Source: Bacillota bacterium (GTDB taxonomy: Bacteria; Bacillota; Clostridia; Lachnospirales; Bianqueaceae). From it: a stretch of 64,000 nt of DNA. The notes below the pieces were generated by a model. That model made no database searches, was not told the origin of the DNA, and saw only the letters and a program-made list of their open reading frames with translations. The position numbers and the translations under genes are program-made. Location of the stretch: assembly GCA_017634575.1 (NCBI GenBank), contig JAGBND010000075.1, positions 6,399 to 70,398 on the forward strand. Reading direction: 5' to 3'. Numbering within the stretch: the first letter of the stretch is position 1; the number at the start of each line of letters is the position of its first letter. Below, piece by piece: positions 24,794 through 33,752 of the stretch.

Positions 24794-25853
24794 TAAAATA
24801 GTAGCGGCGATGAGCGGCGGCGTTGATTCAAGCGTCGCTGCCTTGCTTTTACAGCAGCAGGGATTTGATCTCATGGGCGTTACCATGAAATTCTTTTATA
24901 ATGAAGAAATCGGCATTTCCAGAGAAAAAACCTGCTGTTCCCTTTCCGATGTGGAAGATGCCAGAGCCGTTGCCGCGCATCTGGGCATTCCCTTTTATGT
25001 CATGGATTTTTCGGAAACCTTCAGACAGGAAGTGATGGAACGGTTCGTGCAGGCCTATGAGCAGGGAAGAACCCCTAACCCCTGCATTGTGTGCAATCGC
25101 TATCTGAAATTTTCCGCTTTAACAAAAAGGGCCGCCCAGCTGGGCTTCGATGCCGTCGCCACCGGCCATTATGCCAGAATCTGCTCGGAAAACGGCAGGT
25201 ATCTGCTGAAAAAAGCCCGGGATGAGTCCAAAGACCAGACCTATATGCTCTACAGCCTTACCCAAGAGCAGCTGCAGCATGCGCGCTTTCCTTTGGGAGA
25301 TTTTACGAAGGAGCAGGTGAGAGACCTGGCGGAGGAGAATGGACTGATCAACGCCCGGAAGCGGGATTCTCAGGATATCTGCTTTGTCCAGAATGGATCC
25401 TATGCCGATTTTATCGAACAATATACGGGAAAAACCTTTGCGCCCGGTGAGTTTGTGGATGAATCCGGAAAGGTGCTGGGCGTCCACAAAGGCATTATCC
25501 GCTATACCATCGGACAGCGCAAAGGGCTGGGACTGGCGCTGAATGAACCGATGTATGTCAAAGCCCTTGATCTGGATCAAAACCGGGTTATTCTTTCCCG
25601 CAATGAAGCGCTGTTTTCGGACACCCTCCGGATCAGAAATCTGAATCTGATTCCTTTCGATACCCTCCCGGGGACGGTTCGGTGTCAGGCTAAGGTGCGT
25701 TATGCGCAGAAAGCCCAGAGCGCTTCTGCCTCTCAGACCGGTCCAGACGAAATCACCCTTCATTTTGATGCGCCCCAGCGCGCCGTCACCCCGGGACAGG
25801 CTGCGGTGCTTTACGACTCCGATCTGGTTATCGGAGGCGGAGAAATCTGCTGA
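24786..25853 (+). CDS. mnmA: tRNA 2-thiouridine(34) synthase
   Basis: PP-loop AAMSGGVDSSVAA. Catalytic Cys context NPCIVCN and DSQDICF. 355 aa. The TTG start overlaps the upstream gene by 8 nt. Confidence 0.92.
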   Translation: MNNKIVAAMSGGVDSSVAALLLQQQGFDLMGVTMKFFYNEEIGISREKTCCSLSDVEDARAVAAHLGIPFYVMDFSETFRQEVMERFVQAYEQGRTPNPCIVCNRYLKFSALTKRAAQLGFDAVATGHYARICSENGRYLLKKARDESKDQTYMLYSLTQEQLQHARFPLGDFTKEQVRDLAEENGLINARKRDSQDICFVQNGSYADFIEQYTGKTFAPGEFVDESGKVLGVHKGIIRYTIGQRKGLGLALNEPMYVKALDLDQNRVILSRNEALFSDTLRIRNLNLIPFDTLPGTVRCQAKVRYAQKAQSASASQTGPDEITLHFDAPQRAVTPGQAAVLYDSDLVIGGGEIC

Positions 25854-25863
25854 TGCCTTATAA

Positions 25864-25901
25864 AAAGCCTTGTATGATACGCATACAGGGCTTTATTTTT
25901 T
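25864..25901 (+). terminator. intrinsic terminator after mnmA
   Basis: aaagccttgtatg-atac-gcatacagggcttt (one G-U or mismatch) followed by atttttt. Confidence 0.7.
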
Positions 25902-25921
25902 GAAAAATATAGAAAATATGC

Positions 25922-25950
25922 TTGCGAACGGATGAGGTGTGTGGTAGAAT
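25922..25950 (+). promoter_or_regulatory. putative dcw-cluster promoter (Pmra)
   Basis: TTGCGA (25922-25927), 17 nt spacer, TAGAAT (25945-25950), preceded by GTGg (extended -10). Confidence 0.5.
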
Positions 25951-25995
25951 GGTGTCACAGTGGTTCCAAATGGAGCGTTTTGGAGGCTGATGGAA
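25941..25995 (+). promoter_or_regulatory. array of about six phased (A/G)TGG(T/A) direct repeats; putative MraZ operator
   Basis: TGG cores at 25942, 25950, 25961, 25971, 25981 and 25991 (spacing 8, 11, 10, 10, 10 nt). They start at the -10 element and end 26 nt before the mraZ start. Confidence 0.5.
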
Positions 25996-26020
25996 TAAAA
26001 AAGAAAGGAGGGAGCGTACA

Positions 26021-26470
26021 GTGTTCTTCGGTGAGTTTCATCACAGCGTAGATGAAAAAGGGCGCATTATCATGCCCACTAAATATAGAAACCAGCTGGG
26101 TGAGACGTTTTACATCACCATCGACCTGTGGGGGCAGGAAGACGAGAAGTGCCTGTGCGTATATCCCGAATCGAGCTTTCGTGAATTAACAAACAAGCTT
26201 CGTACCATTGGTGCAAGCGATATAGAAAACCGAAAGCTTTACCGTAAGTTTTATTCCCATGTTCAGGACACGTCCACAGATAAACAAGGCCGTGTCATGA
26301 TCGATCAGGAGCTCAGGCGCCATGCCGGTTTAGAAAAAGATATCGTGCTGGCGGGACAAGACGACCATATAGAGATCTGGGACCGCGAAAAATGGGAAGC
26401 CTACAATCAGGATGACGCGTTTTTCAATTCGAGCAAGCTGGCTGAAGAACTTCGAGCTAGCGGGATCTGA
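26021..26470 (+). CDS. mraZ: transcriptional regulator MraZ
   Basis: [18 protein letters not shown] and a second SpoVT/AbrB-like repeat (DKQGRVMI). GTG start with a GGAGGGAG RBS. First gene of the dcw cluster. Confidence 0.93.
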   Translation: MFFGEFHHSVDEKGRIIMPTKYRNQLGETFYITIDLWGQEDEKCLCVYPESSFRELTNKLRTIGASDIENRKLYRKFYSHVQDTSTDKQGRVMIDQELRRHAGLEKDIVLAGQDDHIEIWDREKWEAYNQDDAFFNSSKLAEELRASGI

Positions 26471-26493
26471 TTAAATCGAGGGTGAGACTTGAC

Positions 26494-27468
26494 ATGCAGT
26501 TCGTACATGTGCCCGTATTGAAAAACGAAACGATTGAAGGACTGAGCATCAATCCGTCAGGTATCTATGTGGATGGTACCTTTGGCGGGGGCGGTCATGC
26601 GCGCGAAATCATCAGCCGATTAAACGGGAACGGCCGTTTCGTGGGTATCGACCAGGATCAGGATGCAATCGAAAATGGCCGCACCATGCTGGACAATATA
26701 AAAGATAAAAACTGCCAGCTGGTGCGGGAAAACTTTTCGAACATCCGAAAAGTGCTTAAAAACTTGCATATTGAAGCCGTAGATGGTATACTATTGGACA
26801 TTGGCGTTTCTTCCCACCAGTTGGATACCAGTGACCGCGGCTTTTCTTATATGCAGGATGCAAAACTGGATATGCGGATGGACCAGCGCAGTGCGTTTTC
26901 AGCCGCGGATTTGATAGCGACATACCCGGAAGAGGATCTTCTCCGGGTTATTCGTGATTATGGAGAAGAAAAGTGGGCAGCAAGAATTGCCCGCTTCATT
27001 GTTCAAGAGAGAAGCGTTCATCCCATCGAAACCACATCCCAGCTGGTAGAGGTTATCAAGAAAGCGATCCCTGCCAGCGCGAGACGGGACGGCCCTCATC
27101 CGGCCAAACGCACCTTCCAGGCCCTGCGCATCGAGGTGAATGACGAGCTTGGCGTATTGGAAAGAGCGATTAAAGAAAGCGTTTCGGTGCTTGCACCAGG
27201 TGGAAGACTCGCTATTATTACCTTTCATTCGTTGGAGGACAGATTGGTGAAGCAGACCTTCAGAAAACTGGAGAATCCCTGCACCTGTCCGCCCTCGTCT
27301 CCAGTCTGTGTGTGCGGCAAAAAGCCGGTGATCCGTGTCATCACCCGAAAGCCGGTGGTTCCTTCCGAGGAAGAAATTGAGTCCAATCCCAGGGCGCGTT
27401 CTTCCAAACTGAGAATTGCCGAAAAGCTTCCCCCGCAGCACACGAAGCCTGGCATTTATTTTGGTTAG
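26494..27468 (+). CDS. rsmH: 16S rRNA (cytosine1402-N4)-methyltransferase
   Basis: HVPVL...[10 protein letters not shown]...[10 protein letters not shown]...FHSLEDR motifs. The ATG at 26494 has better RBS spacing than the ORF-track GTG at 26482. Confidence 0.92.
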   Translation: MQFVHVPVLKNETIEGLSINPSGIYVDGTFGGGGHAREIISRLNGNGRFVGIDQDQDAIENGRTMLDNIKDKNCQLVRENFSNIRKVLKNLHIEAVDGILLDIGVSSHQLDTSDRGFSYMQDAKLDMRMDQRSAFSAADLIATYPEEDLLRVIRDYGEEKWAARIARFIVQERSVHPIETTSQLVEVIKKAIPASARRDGPHPAKRTFQALRIEVNDELGVLERAIKESVSVLAPGGRLAIITFHSLEDRLVKQTFRKLENPCTCPPSSPVCVCGKKPVIRVITRKPVVPSEEEIESNPRARSSKLRIAEKLPPQHTKPGIYFG

Positions 27469-27478
27469 GATTCCTATC

Positions 27479-27826
27479 ATGCGCAGCGGAAAATTTGGAT
27501 TCTTTTTGAGCGCCGGCCTGGTTCTTGCAGGGGCGCTGATGGTTGTACTGATGTACATCCAGGTTTATATGGCAAACAGTGAAGTTAACCGCTTAAGGGC
27601 AGAGCTTACCGAAGAGCGGGAGGCCAATCAGATCGCCAGTCAGGTTGCAACAGATTCAATGAATATGAACGATCTGTATGTCTTTGCCACCTCCACCCTG
27701 GGAATGGAGGAGGCCGACGCTTCAACCACCATACAGATCCGGATCAATTCCCAGAGCTATACCACCAGCAACCTTCCGGTGGCAGAACTTGCAGGCAGCA
27801 AGGTGACGTTTCACTGGTTCAGGTAA
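27479..27826 (+). CDS. ftsL: FtsL-like cell-division protein (single TM plus coiled coil)
   Basis: 115 aa. TM segment FGFFLSAGLVLAGALMVVLMYI followed by a heptad region (NRLRAELTEEREANQ). It sits at the canonical position between rsmH and the PBP gene. The ORF-track start at 27416 overlaps rsmH. Confidence 0.6.
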   Translation: MRSGKFGFFLSAGLVLAGALMVVLMYIQVYMANSEVNRLRAELTEEREANQIASQVATDSMNMNDLYVFATSTLGMEEADASTTIQIRINSQSYTTSNLPVAELAGSKVTFHWFR

Positions 27827-27924
27827 GTCTGTCGGAACGCGTCAATCTGCGAAAAGCATCGGCTGGCCGATTCCTGGCCAGCCGGTTCCATATGTGATGA
27901 AGGTTCTCTTAACAGGGAGAGTAT

Positions 27925-29916
27925 ATGAGTGATTTAGTACGGTCGAGACGCCAATCTTCAGGGCGATTCTTAAAGAAAAAAAAGAAGGAACCTCCGAAGC
28001 CAACGACCAGGCAGCGGATGTCCCGTTCTCTGGTGCTGCTTCTGGCAGCACTTGTTTTGCTGCTTGTCGTTTTTCTGCGGGTGGTTTATATCAAAGTTGT
28101 TCATGGAGAAGAATACCAATACCGGGCGGAGCAGCAGCAGCTTTCTTCAACGGATGTGATTATTCCCTCTCTGCGGGGCGCCATTTACGACAGAGACGGT
28201 AACGTGCTTGCGGAAAGCGTCCGGGTATATAACGTGATTCTGGACCCCCAGGCCTTGATCGATGCGGGCGAATCCAAACAGATTAATACCGTTGAAACCC
28301 TGATGAGCGTTCTTAAGCTCACCGATGAAAATGTGATCAGGAAATATTTCGCGCAAAACTATTATGAATACCGCTACCTGCGCCTGGATCAGGGCAGGGG
28401 CATATCCGCGACGCAGATGGAGGAAATCCAGGCGGAGATCGATGCCGGACGGGTGGTAGGCGTCTGGTTCGAAGAGGATGAAGAACGAACCTATGTGAAC
28501 AATTCCCTTGCCGCCAATGTCATTGGCTTTAATGGCGTCTATGGAATTGAACAGTATTACGATGAATATCTGAATGGACAAAGCGGAAGAAAAATGGTGG
28601 TTGCAGGCGCGGGCAACAGCTACATCGACGAGTATGTGGCGGCTCAGGACGGCTATAATCTGACGACCACCATCAACTCCAAGGTTCAATACGAGATGGA
28701 GCAGACGCTGCAGACCGGCGTCGCCCATACCAATGCCGAACGAGGCCTGGCAATCTGCATGAACTGTAAAACCGGAGAAATTCTTGGCTATGCCCTTTGC
28801 CCGACCTTTAACCTGAACAATGTCAATGAGATTATCGGCGCGTCGGAGAAATATAACAAACGGCATCCTGACAAAAACGATCCGGATTATTATCCGAATA
28901 TCTGGAACAACTGGGGCATTTCTCTGACTTATGAACCGGGTTCCACCTTTAAGCCGATCTTTGCGGCTGCCGCCATGAACGAAGGCGCCTACACCCCGGA
29001 TACGATTTTTGTCTGCAATGGTACCTATCAGATTTACGATGCAGAGGTTGGTGAGGATCAGGGACATATCCATGGAACCCAGACCATCCGCGAGGTAATC
29101 GCCAACTCCTGCAACGTTGCCATGTCGCAGATCAGCGAACGAATCAAAACCTCCAAGTGGCTGCAGTACCAGGATGCCTTTGGCCTGGCTCAGCTTACGG
29201 GCATTGATCTGGCAGGCGAATCCGGCGATTCCAGAGATCTGATCTATATCAGCGCGGAAGAAGCCGAAAAAAGAGGATCCACCAATGACATGGGACCTTT
29301 TGAGAAGGCCACCACTTCCTTTGGCCAGGGCTTTACCCTGACGCCGATTCAGCTTGTCTGTGCTTTTTCCTCCGTCGTTAACGGAGGGGAATATCTGAAG
29401 CCCTATGTCGTCAGCCAGATTACCGACAGCAATGGCAATATTGTGGAAAGCCATTCGAAAGAGATTCTGCGCTATACGGTTTCGGAGGAGGTTTCCAAAC
29501 AGATGGCCAGCTGTCTGCAGGCTGTTGTGCTGCAGGGTACCGGCATCAACGCCCAGGTTCCCGGCTACTCCATCGGCGGCAAGACCGGAACAGCCGAGCA
29601 GGTTGGTGAAAGCGGAACCTATGTGGATGCCAGCTATATCGTTTCCTTTATTTCGTTTACCCCTGTGGAGGATCCGGAAATTGTCCTCCTGGTGGTCCTT
29701 GATCGGACGGATCAGGATATCAGCTCTCAGGCAGCCCGTTTGAATGGACAGATTATGGAAAAGATTCTTCCTGCGCTTGGAAAATATCCGGATCCCACCC
29801 TGTTCCAGGAATCCATCTCGCCCAACTCTGTGGATGTTACTTCCTCTGTCGAGGGATACAACTATCTGTATGGTGGCGGCGGCTATATCCAGACTGACGA
29901 AGGAGACGATGAGTAA
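27925..29916 (+). CDS. class B penicillin-binding protein (FtsI/PBP2B/SpoVD-type transpeptidase)
   Basis: N-terminal TM anchor, PBP dimerisation domain, and the active-site triad STFKP, SCN and KTGTA. Confidence 0.92.
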   Translation: MSDLVRSRRQSSGRFLKKKKKEPPKPTTRQRMSRSLVLLLAALVLLLVVFLRVVYIKVVHGEEYQYRAEQQQLSSTDVIIPSLRGAIYDRDGNVLAESVRVYNVILDPQALIDAGESKQINTVETLMSVLKLTDENVIRKYFAQNYYEYRYLRLDQGRGISATQMEEIQAEIDAGRVVGVWFEEDEERTYVNNSLAANVIGFNGVYGIEQYYDEYLNGQSGRKMVVAGAGNSYIDEYVAAQDGYNLTTTINSKVQYEMEQTLQTGVAHTNAERGLAICMNCKTGEILGYALCPTFNLNNVNEIIGASEKYNKRHPDKNDPDYYPNIWNNWGISLTYEPGSTFKPIFAAAAMNEGAYTPDTIFVCNGTYQIYDAEVGEDQGHIHGTQTIREVIANSCNVAMSQISERIKTSKWLQYQDAFGLAQLTGIDLAGESGDSRDLIYISAEEAEKRGSTNDMGPFEKATTSFGQGFTLTPIQLVCAFSSVVNGGEYLKPYVVSQITDSNGNIVESHSKEILRYTVSEEVSKQMASCLQAVVLQGTGINAQVPGYSIGGKTGTAEQVGESGTYVDASYIVSFISFTPVEDPEIVLLVVLDRTDQDISSQAARLNGQIMEKILPALGKYPDPTLFQESISPNSVDVTSSVEGYNYLYGGGGYIQTDEGDDE

Positions 29917-31322
29917 TGATACCTGTAAAGCTTTCCGATATTCTCCGGGCAATCGGCGAAATCGATGAAACTGTTTCCGTGATTCCGGAAGGAAATCCGT
30001 TTGTCACAGGGCTGTGCATCGATTCCAGAAAAGCCGCTGCGGGATCCTTGTTTGTCGCCTTCGACGGTGAAAAATCAGACGGACATGACTATATCGAAAA
30101 GGCCTTCGAAAACGGGGCGGCTGCTGTGATCGGCAGCAATCCCCAAAAGCTTCAAAGCGCGCAGATTCCTGAGGGCAGGGCGCTGATCCTTACAAAGGAT
30201 CCGCTTCTGGCTTTGGGCAGAATCGGACAGCTTTGCCGTGAGCGTTATGAAGGGCATGTGATCGGCATCACGGGAAGCGTGGGAAAGACCTCCACCAAAG
30301 ATCTGGTTTATGCCGTTCTTTCCGGAAAGTATTCCGTCATGAAAACCCTTGGAAATTACAACAATCCTCTGGGCCTGCCCTTAACCCTTTCCAATCTTGG
30401 GCCTGATACGCAGGCTGCGGTAATTGAAATGGGCATGGAGCATGCGGGAGACATTGATTATCTTTCCTCTCTGACAGAGCCCCATTTCGGGATTGTCACT
30501 AATATCGGAACCTCTCATATTGAAAATCTGGGTTCCCGGGAAGGGATTCTGCATGCCAAGCTGGAGCTGGTGGAGCATCTTTGCGGCGGGAAAAAACTGT
30601 TTTTGAACGGGGATGATCCGCTTCTTTACAGCGTTAAAGACAGCCTGGGCGTCAAACCGGAGTATTTCGGCAGGGCGGCTCATAACGACTGCGTTCTTCT
30701 GGAAGATGCCAAACACCTGGAAAACGGAATGCTGGAGGTAAAGGCCCGTTACAGGGACACCGATTATGTGATTCAGCTGGACACCCTGGGAGTCCATATG
30801 GGAATGAACGTGCTGCCGGCGCTGATGGTCGGCGCCTCGCTGGGACTTTCGCCCGAAGAAATACAGGCAGGCCTTAACCGATACGAAGCCACGCCCCACC
30901 GGCTCCAGCGGATCAAAACAGATCGGTATCTGCTGATCGACGATACCTATAATGCGTCTCCAACCTCCATGAAAAGCGCGCTGGATACGTTAATGGAGCT
31001 TGCAGGCGGCAGAAGGGTTGCCGTTCTGGGAGATATCTTCGAGATGGGAGATTTTTCCAGGGAGGGCCACGAAGAGGTTGGACGCTATGCGTCCATGCTG
31101 GGACTGGACTGCCTTTTGACTTGCGGAGAGCATTCCCGCTCGATTCATGAAGCCTTTCTTGAGGCTTCCAAAGGTAAGAACATCAAACTCTGTGAACATT
31201 TTGAAACCCTTGAAGAACTGAAAAATGCGCTGCCTGCTTTGCTTTGTCAGGGCGACACGGTTCTCCTGAAGGCTTCTCACGGTATGGGCTTTGCGGCGCT
31301 GGTGGATATGCTGGCCGGATAA
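29916..31322 (+). CDS. murF: UDP-N-acetylmuramoyl-tripeptide--D-alanyl-D-alanine ligase
   Basis: Mur ligase P-loop GITGSVGKTSTK and DDTYNASP motif. The start overlaps the PBP stop by 1 nt (TAATG). Confidence 0.9.
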   Translation: MIPVKLSDILRAIGEIDETVSVIPEGNPFVTGLCIDSRKAAAGSLFVAFDGEKSDGHDYIEKAFENGAAAVIGSNPQKLQSAQIPEGRALILTKDPLLALGRIGQLCRERYEGHVIGITGSVGKTSTKDLVYAVLSGKYSVMKTLGNYNNPLGLPLTLSNLGPDTQAAVIEMGMEHAGDIDYLSSLTEPHFGIVTNIGTSHIENLGSREGILHAKLELVEHLCGGKKLFLNGDDPLLYSVKDSLGVKPEYFGRAAHNDCVLLEDAKHLENGMLEVKARYRDTDYVIQLDTLGVHMGMNVLPALMVGASLGLSPEEIQAGLNRYEATPHRLQRIKTDRYLLIDDTYNASPTSMKSALDTLMELAGGRRVAVLGDIFEMGDFSREGHEEVGRYASMLGLDCLLTCGEHSRSIHEAFLEASKGKNIKLCEHFETLEELKNALPALLCQGDTVLLKASHGMGFAALVDMLAG

Positions 31323-31355
31323 GCTTGCAAAGCCATAACATTAAATCAGGAAGGA

Positions 31356-32327
31356 TTGGTTCGTTTTACAATGCAGCAAATTGCGCTTTCAGCTTTAACA
31401 GGTTTTGTGGCTCAGCTTATTCTTTGCCCCTTTTTGATACCGGTACTTAAAAAACTGAAATTCGGACAATATATCCGGGAAGAGGGACCGAAGGCTCATC
31501 AGAAAAAAGCCGGCACGCCAACAATGGGCGGCATATCGATTCTGGCAAGCTTTATTCTTGGACTTATCCCTTCGCTTGCCTTTTTCTCCAGGTACTGGAT
31601 TGTGCCTGCCGTGACGCTGATGTTTGGACTCATTGGTTTCCTGGACGACTATATCAAGGTCGTTATGAAGCACAATGAGGGACTGAAGCCCTATCAGAAA
31701 TTCTCCCTGCAGATTCTGTTTGCGGCTCTTTTTGCTTTATATCTGTATCTGACAGGTCATGAGACAACGATTACCATCCACCTGCTGGATCTGAAGCTTG
31801 ATCTGGGAATCGGTTACTATTTCTTTGTGATCTTCGTGATGTGCGCCGTTGTCAACGGAACGAATTTCAATGACGGATTGGATGGTCTTTCCTCCAGCGT
31901 AACCGCAGTGATCTGCGCCTTCTTTATGGCAGTTGTCCTGCTGCTTAAGGATTTCGGCTACCTGGGGGCGCCTGCCGGCGCTTTCTTTGGCGCGCTGATC
32001 GGCTTTTTGTTCTATAATGCTTATCCCGCAAAGGTGTTCATGGGAGATACCGGCTCTCTGGCCCTGGGAGGCTTCGTTACCTCCATGGCTTTTCTGATGG
32101 ACATGCCTTTGCTGATCCTTGTTTTTGGATTTATCTATGTAGCGGAAGTCGTTTCCGTTATTCTTCAGGTCGCCTACTTCAAAGCCACAGGCGGAAAGCG
32201 CCTGTTCAAAATGGCGCCGATTCACCATCACTTTGAATTGATGGGCTGGCACGAGACGAAGGTAGTGACTGTTTTTGCCGGTGTTACAGCGCTCTTGTGC
32301 CTTGTGAGCCTCTGGATTCTGCTGTAA
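31356..32327 (+). CDS. mraY: phospho-N-acetylmuramoyl-pentapeptide transferase
   Basis: KAGTPTMGG, NGTNFNDGLDGL, MGDTGSLALGG and PIHHHFE motifs. The start is uncertain: TTG at 31356 or ATG at 31371. Confidence 0.92.
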   Translation: MVRFTMQQIALSALTGFVAQLILCPFLIPVLKKLKFGQYIREEGPKAHQKKAGTPTMGGISILASFILGLIPSLAFFSRYWIVPAVTLMFGLIGFLDDYIKVVMKHNEGLKPYQKFSLQILFAALFALYLYLTGHETTITIHLLDLKLDLGIGYYFFVIFVMCAVVNGTNFNDGLDGLSSSVTAVICAFFMAVVLLLKDFGYLGAPAGAFFGALIGFLFYNAYPAKVFMGDTGSLALGGFVTSMAFLMDMPLLILVFGFIYVAEVVSVILQVAYFKATGGKRLFKMAPIHHHFELMGWHETKVVTVFAGVTALLCLVSLWILL

Positions 32328-32339
32328 GGGCTCACCTGG

Positions 32340-33752
32340 TTGGAAAGGAAGATTGCTTTGAATTTACAAAATTGCTCTGTAGGAATTATCGGACTTGCGA
32401 AAAGCGGCATCAGCGCCGCAAATTTCTGCTTTGCCCACGGCGCCGTGGTAACGGTTTATGACTCCAAACCGGAAGAACAGTTAAAGGAAGCGATGGAAAA
32501 GGTCTCTTGCGGGGTAAAGGTCCTGTGCGGGACCATGCCCGGCGAGGCCGATCTTGAGCAGATGGATCTGATGGTGCTCTCGCCTGCGGTTCCTGCGGAT
32601 CTGCCCTTTGTGCTCAGGGCGAAGGAACGTTCGATTCCCGTATACAGCGAGATCGAGCTGGCCTACCATTTCCTGAAAGGAAGCATCATCGGCATTACCG
32701 GCACAAACGGAAAAACCACCACCACCTCTCTTGTGGGTGAAATCTGCGGAAACTACAGAAAGGGATCCGTAACAGCCGGCAATATCGGTCTGCCTCTGAC
32801 GGATGCGCTCTCGGAAGTGGAAGACAATGGCTTTGCAGTGCTGGAGCTCTCTTCGTTCCAGCTGGAATGCATCGATGACTTCCGGCCTCATGTAGCTGCT
32901 CTTTTAAACTTTACCCCGGACCATTTGAACCGGCATCATACCTTTGAAGCCTACGTGGACGCAAAGTGCCGGATTTATGAAAATCAGACCGAGGAAGATT
33001 ATTGTATCTTCAACTATGACGACCCCATCTGCCTGAAAAAGGCCAAAGAGCTGATGGAACGGGCTCATGCCCCCAGGGTTCGCTTTTTCTCTCATAACCA
33101 GATCACCGAAAATGGCATCTGGACCAAGGATGGCATGATTTTCGCTGATGTGGAGGGCGAAGCGGTTCCTGTGGTGAAGGCGGATGAGCTGCAGATTCTC
33201 GGCGATCATAACATTGAGAACGCCATGGCTGCCGCGCTGTGTCTGCTTTCTGCAGGAATTCCTATGGACGTAATCCGCCAGGGGCTGAAGGCCTTTAGAG
33301 GTGTTCCTCACCGCATCGAGCCTGTGGGATGCGTAAACGGCGTCAGATATTTCAACGATTCCAAAGGAACCAATCCGGATGCGGCCATCAAGGGTCTCTT
33401 ATCGATGCCCTCCGAAAAGACGGTTTTGATTGGCGGCGGATACGATAAGGGAACGCCATATGATGACTGGTGCAGCCTGTTTGAGAAGCGCGTGCGTTAT
33501 CTGGTGCTGATCGGACAGACGGCAGAGGATATTAAAGCCTGCGCGTTAAGGCATGGCTTTGATGAAGCGCGCATCTTTATGGAACAGACTTTTGACGATG
33601 CCATAGAAAGATGCAGGCAAATGGCTGTCCCCGGCGACTCGGTTCTGCTTTCGCCGGCCTGCGCCAGCTGGGGAATGTTTGACAATTATGAACAGCGGGG
33701 GGATATTTTCCGCGAAAAGGTAAAACAAATGGAGGCACAAGCGAATGCCTAA
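32340..33752 (+). CDS. murD: UDP-N-acetylmuramoylalanine--D-glutamate ligase
   Basis: N-terminal Rossmann GIIGLAKSG, P-loop GITGTNGKTTT and DSKGTNP motif. TTG start. Confidence 0.9.
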   Translation: MERKIALNLQNCSVGIIGLAKSGISAANFCFAHGAVVTVYDSKPEEQLKEAMEKVSCGVKVLCGTMPGEADLEQMDLMVLSPAVPADLPFVLRAKERSIPVYSEIELAYHFLKGSIIGITGTNGKTTTTSLVGEICGNYRKGSVTAGNIGLPLTDALSEVEDNGFAVLELSSFQLECIDDFRPHVAALLNFTPDHLNRHHTFEAYVDAKCRIYENQTEEDYCIFNYDDPICLKKAKELMERAHAPRVRFFSHNQITENGIWTKDGMIFADVEGEAVPVVKADELQILGDHNIENAMAAALCLLSAGIPMDVIRQGLKAFRGVPHRIEPVGCVNGVRYFNDSKGTNPDAAIKGLLSMPSEKTVLIGGGYDKGTPYDDWCSLFEKRVRYLVLIGQTAEDIKACALRHGFDEARIFMEQTFDDAIERCRQMAVPGDSVLLSPACASWGMFDNYEQRGDIFREKVKQMEAQANA

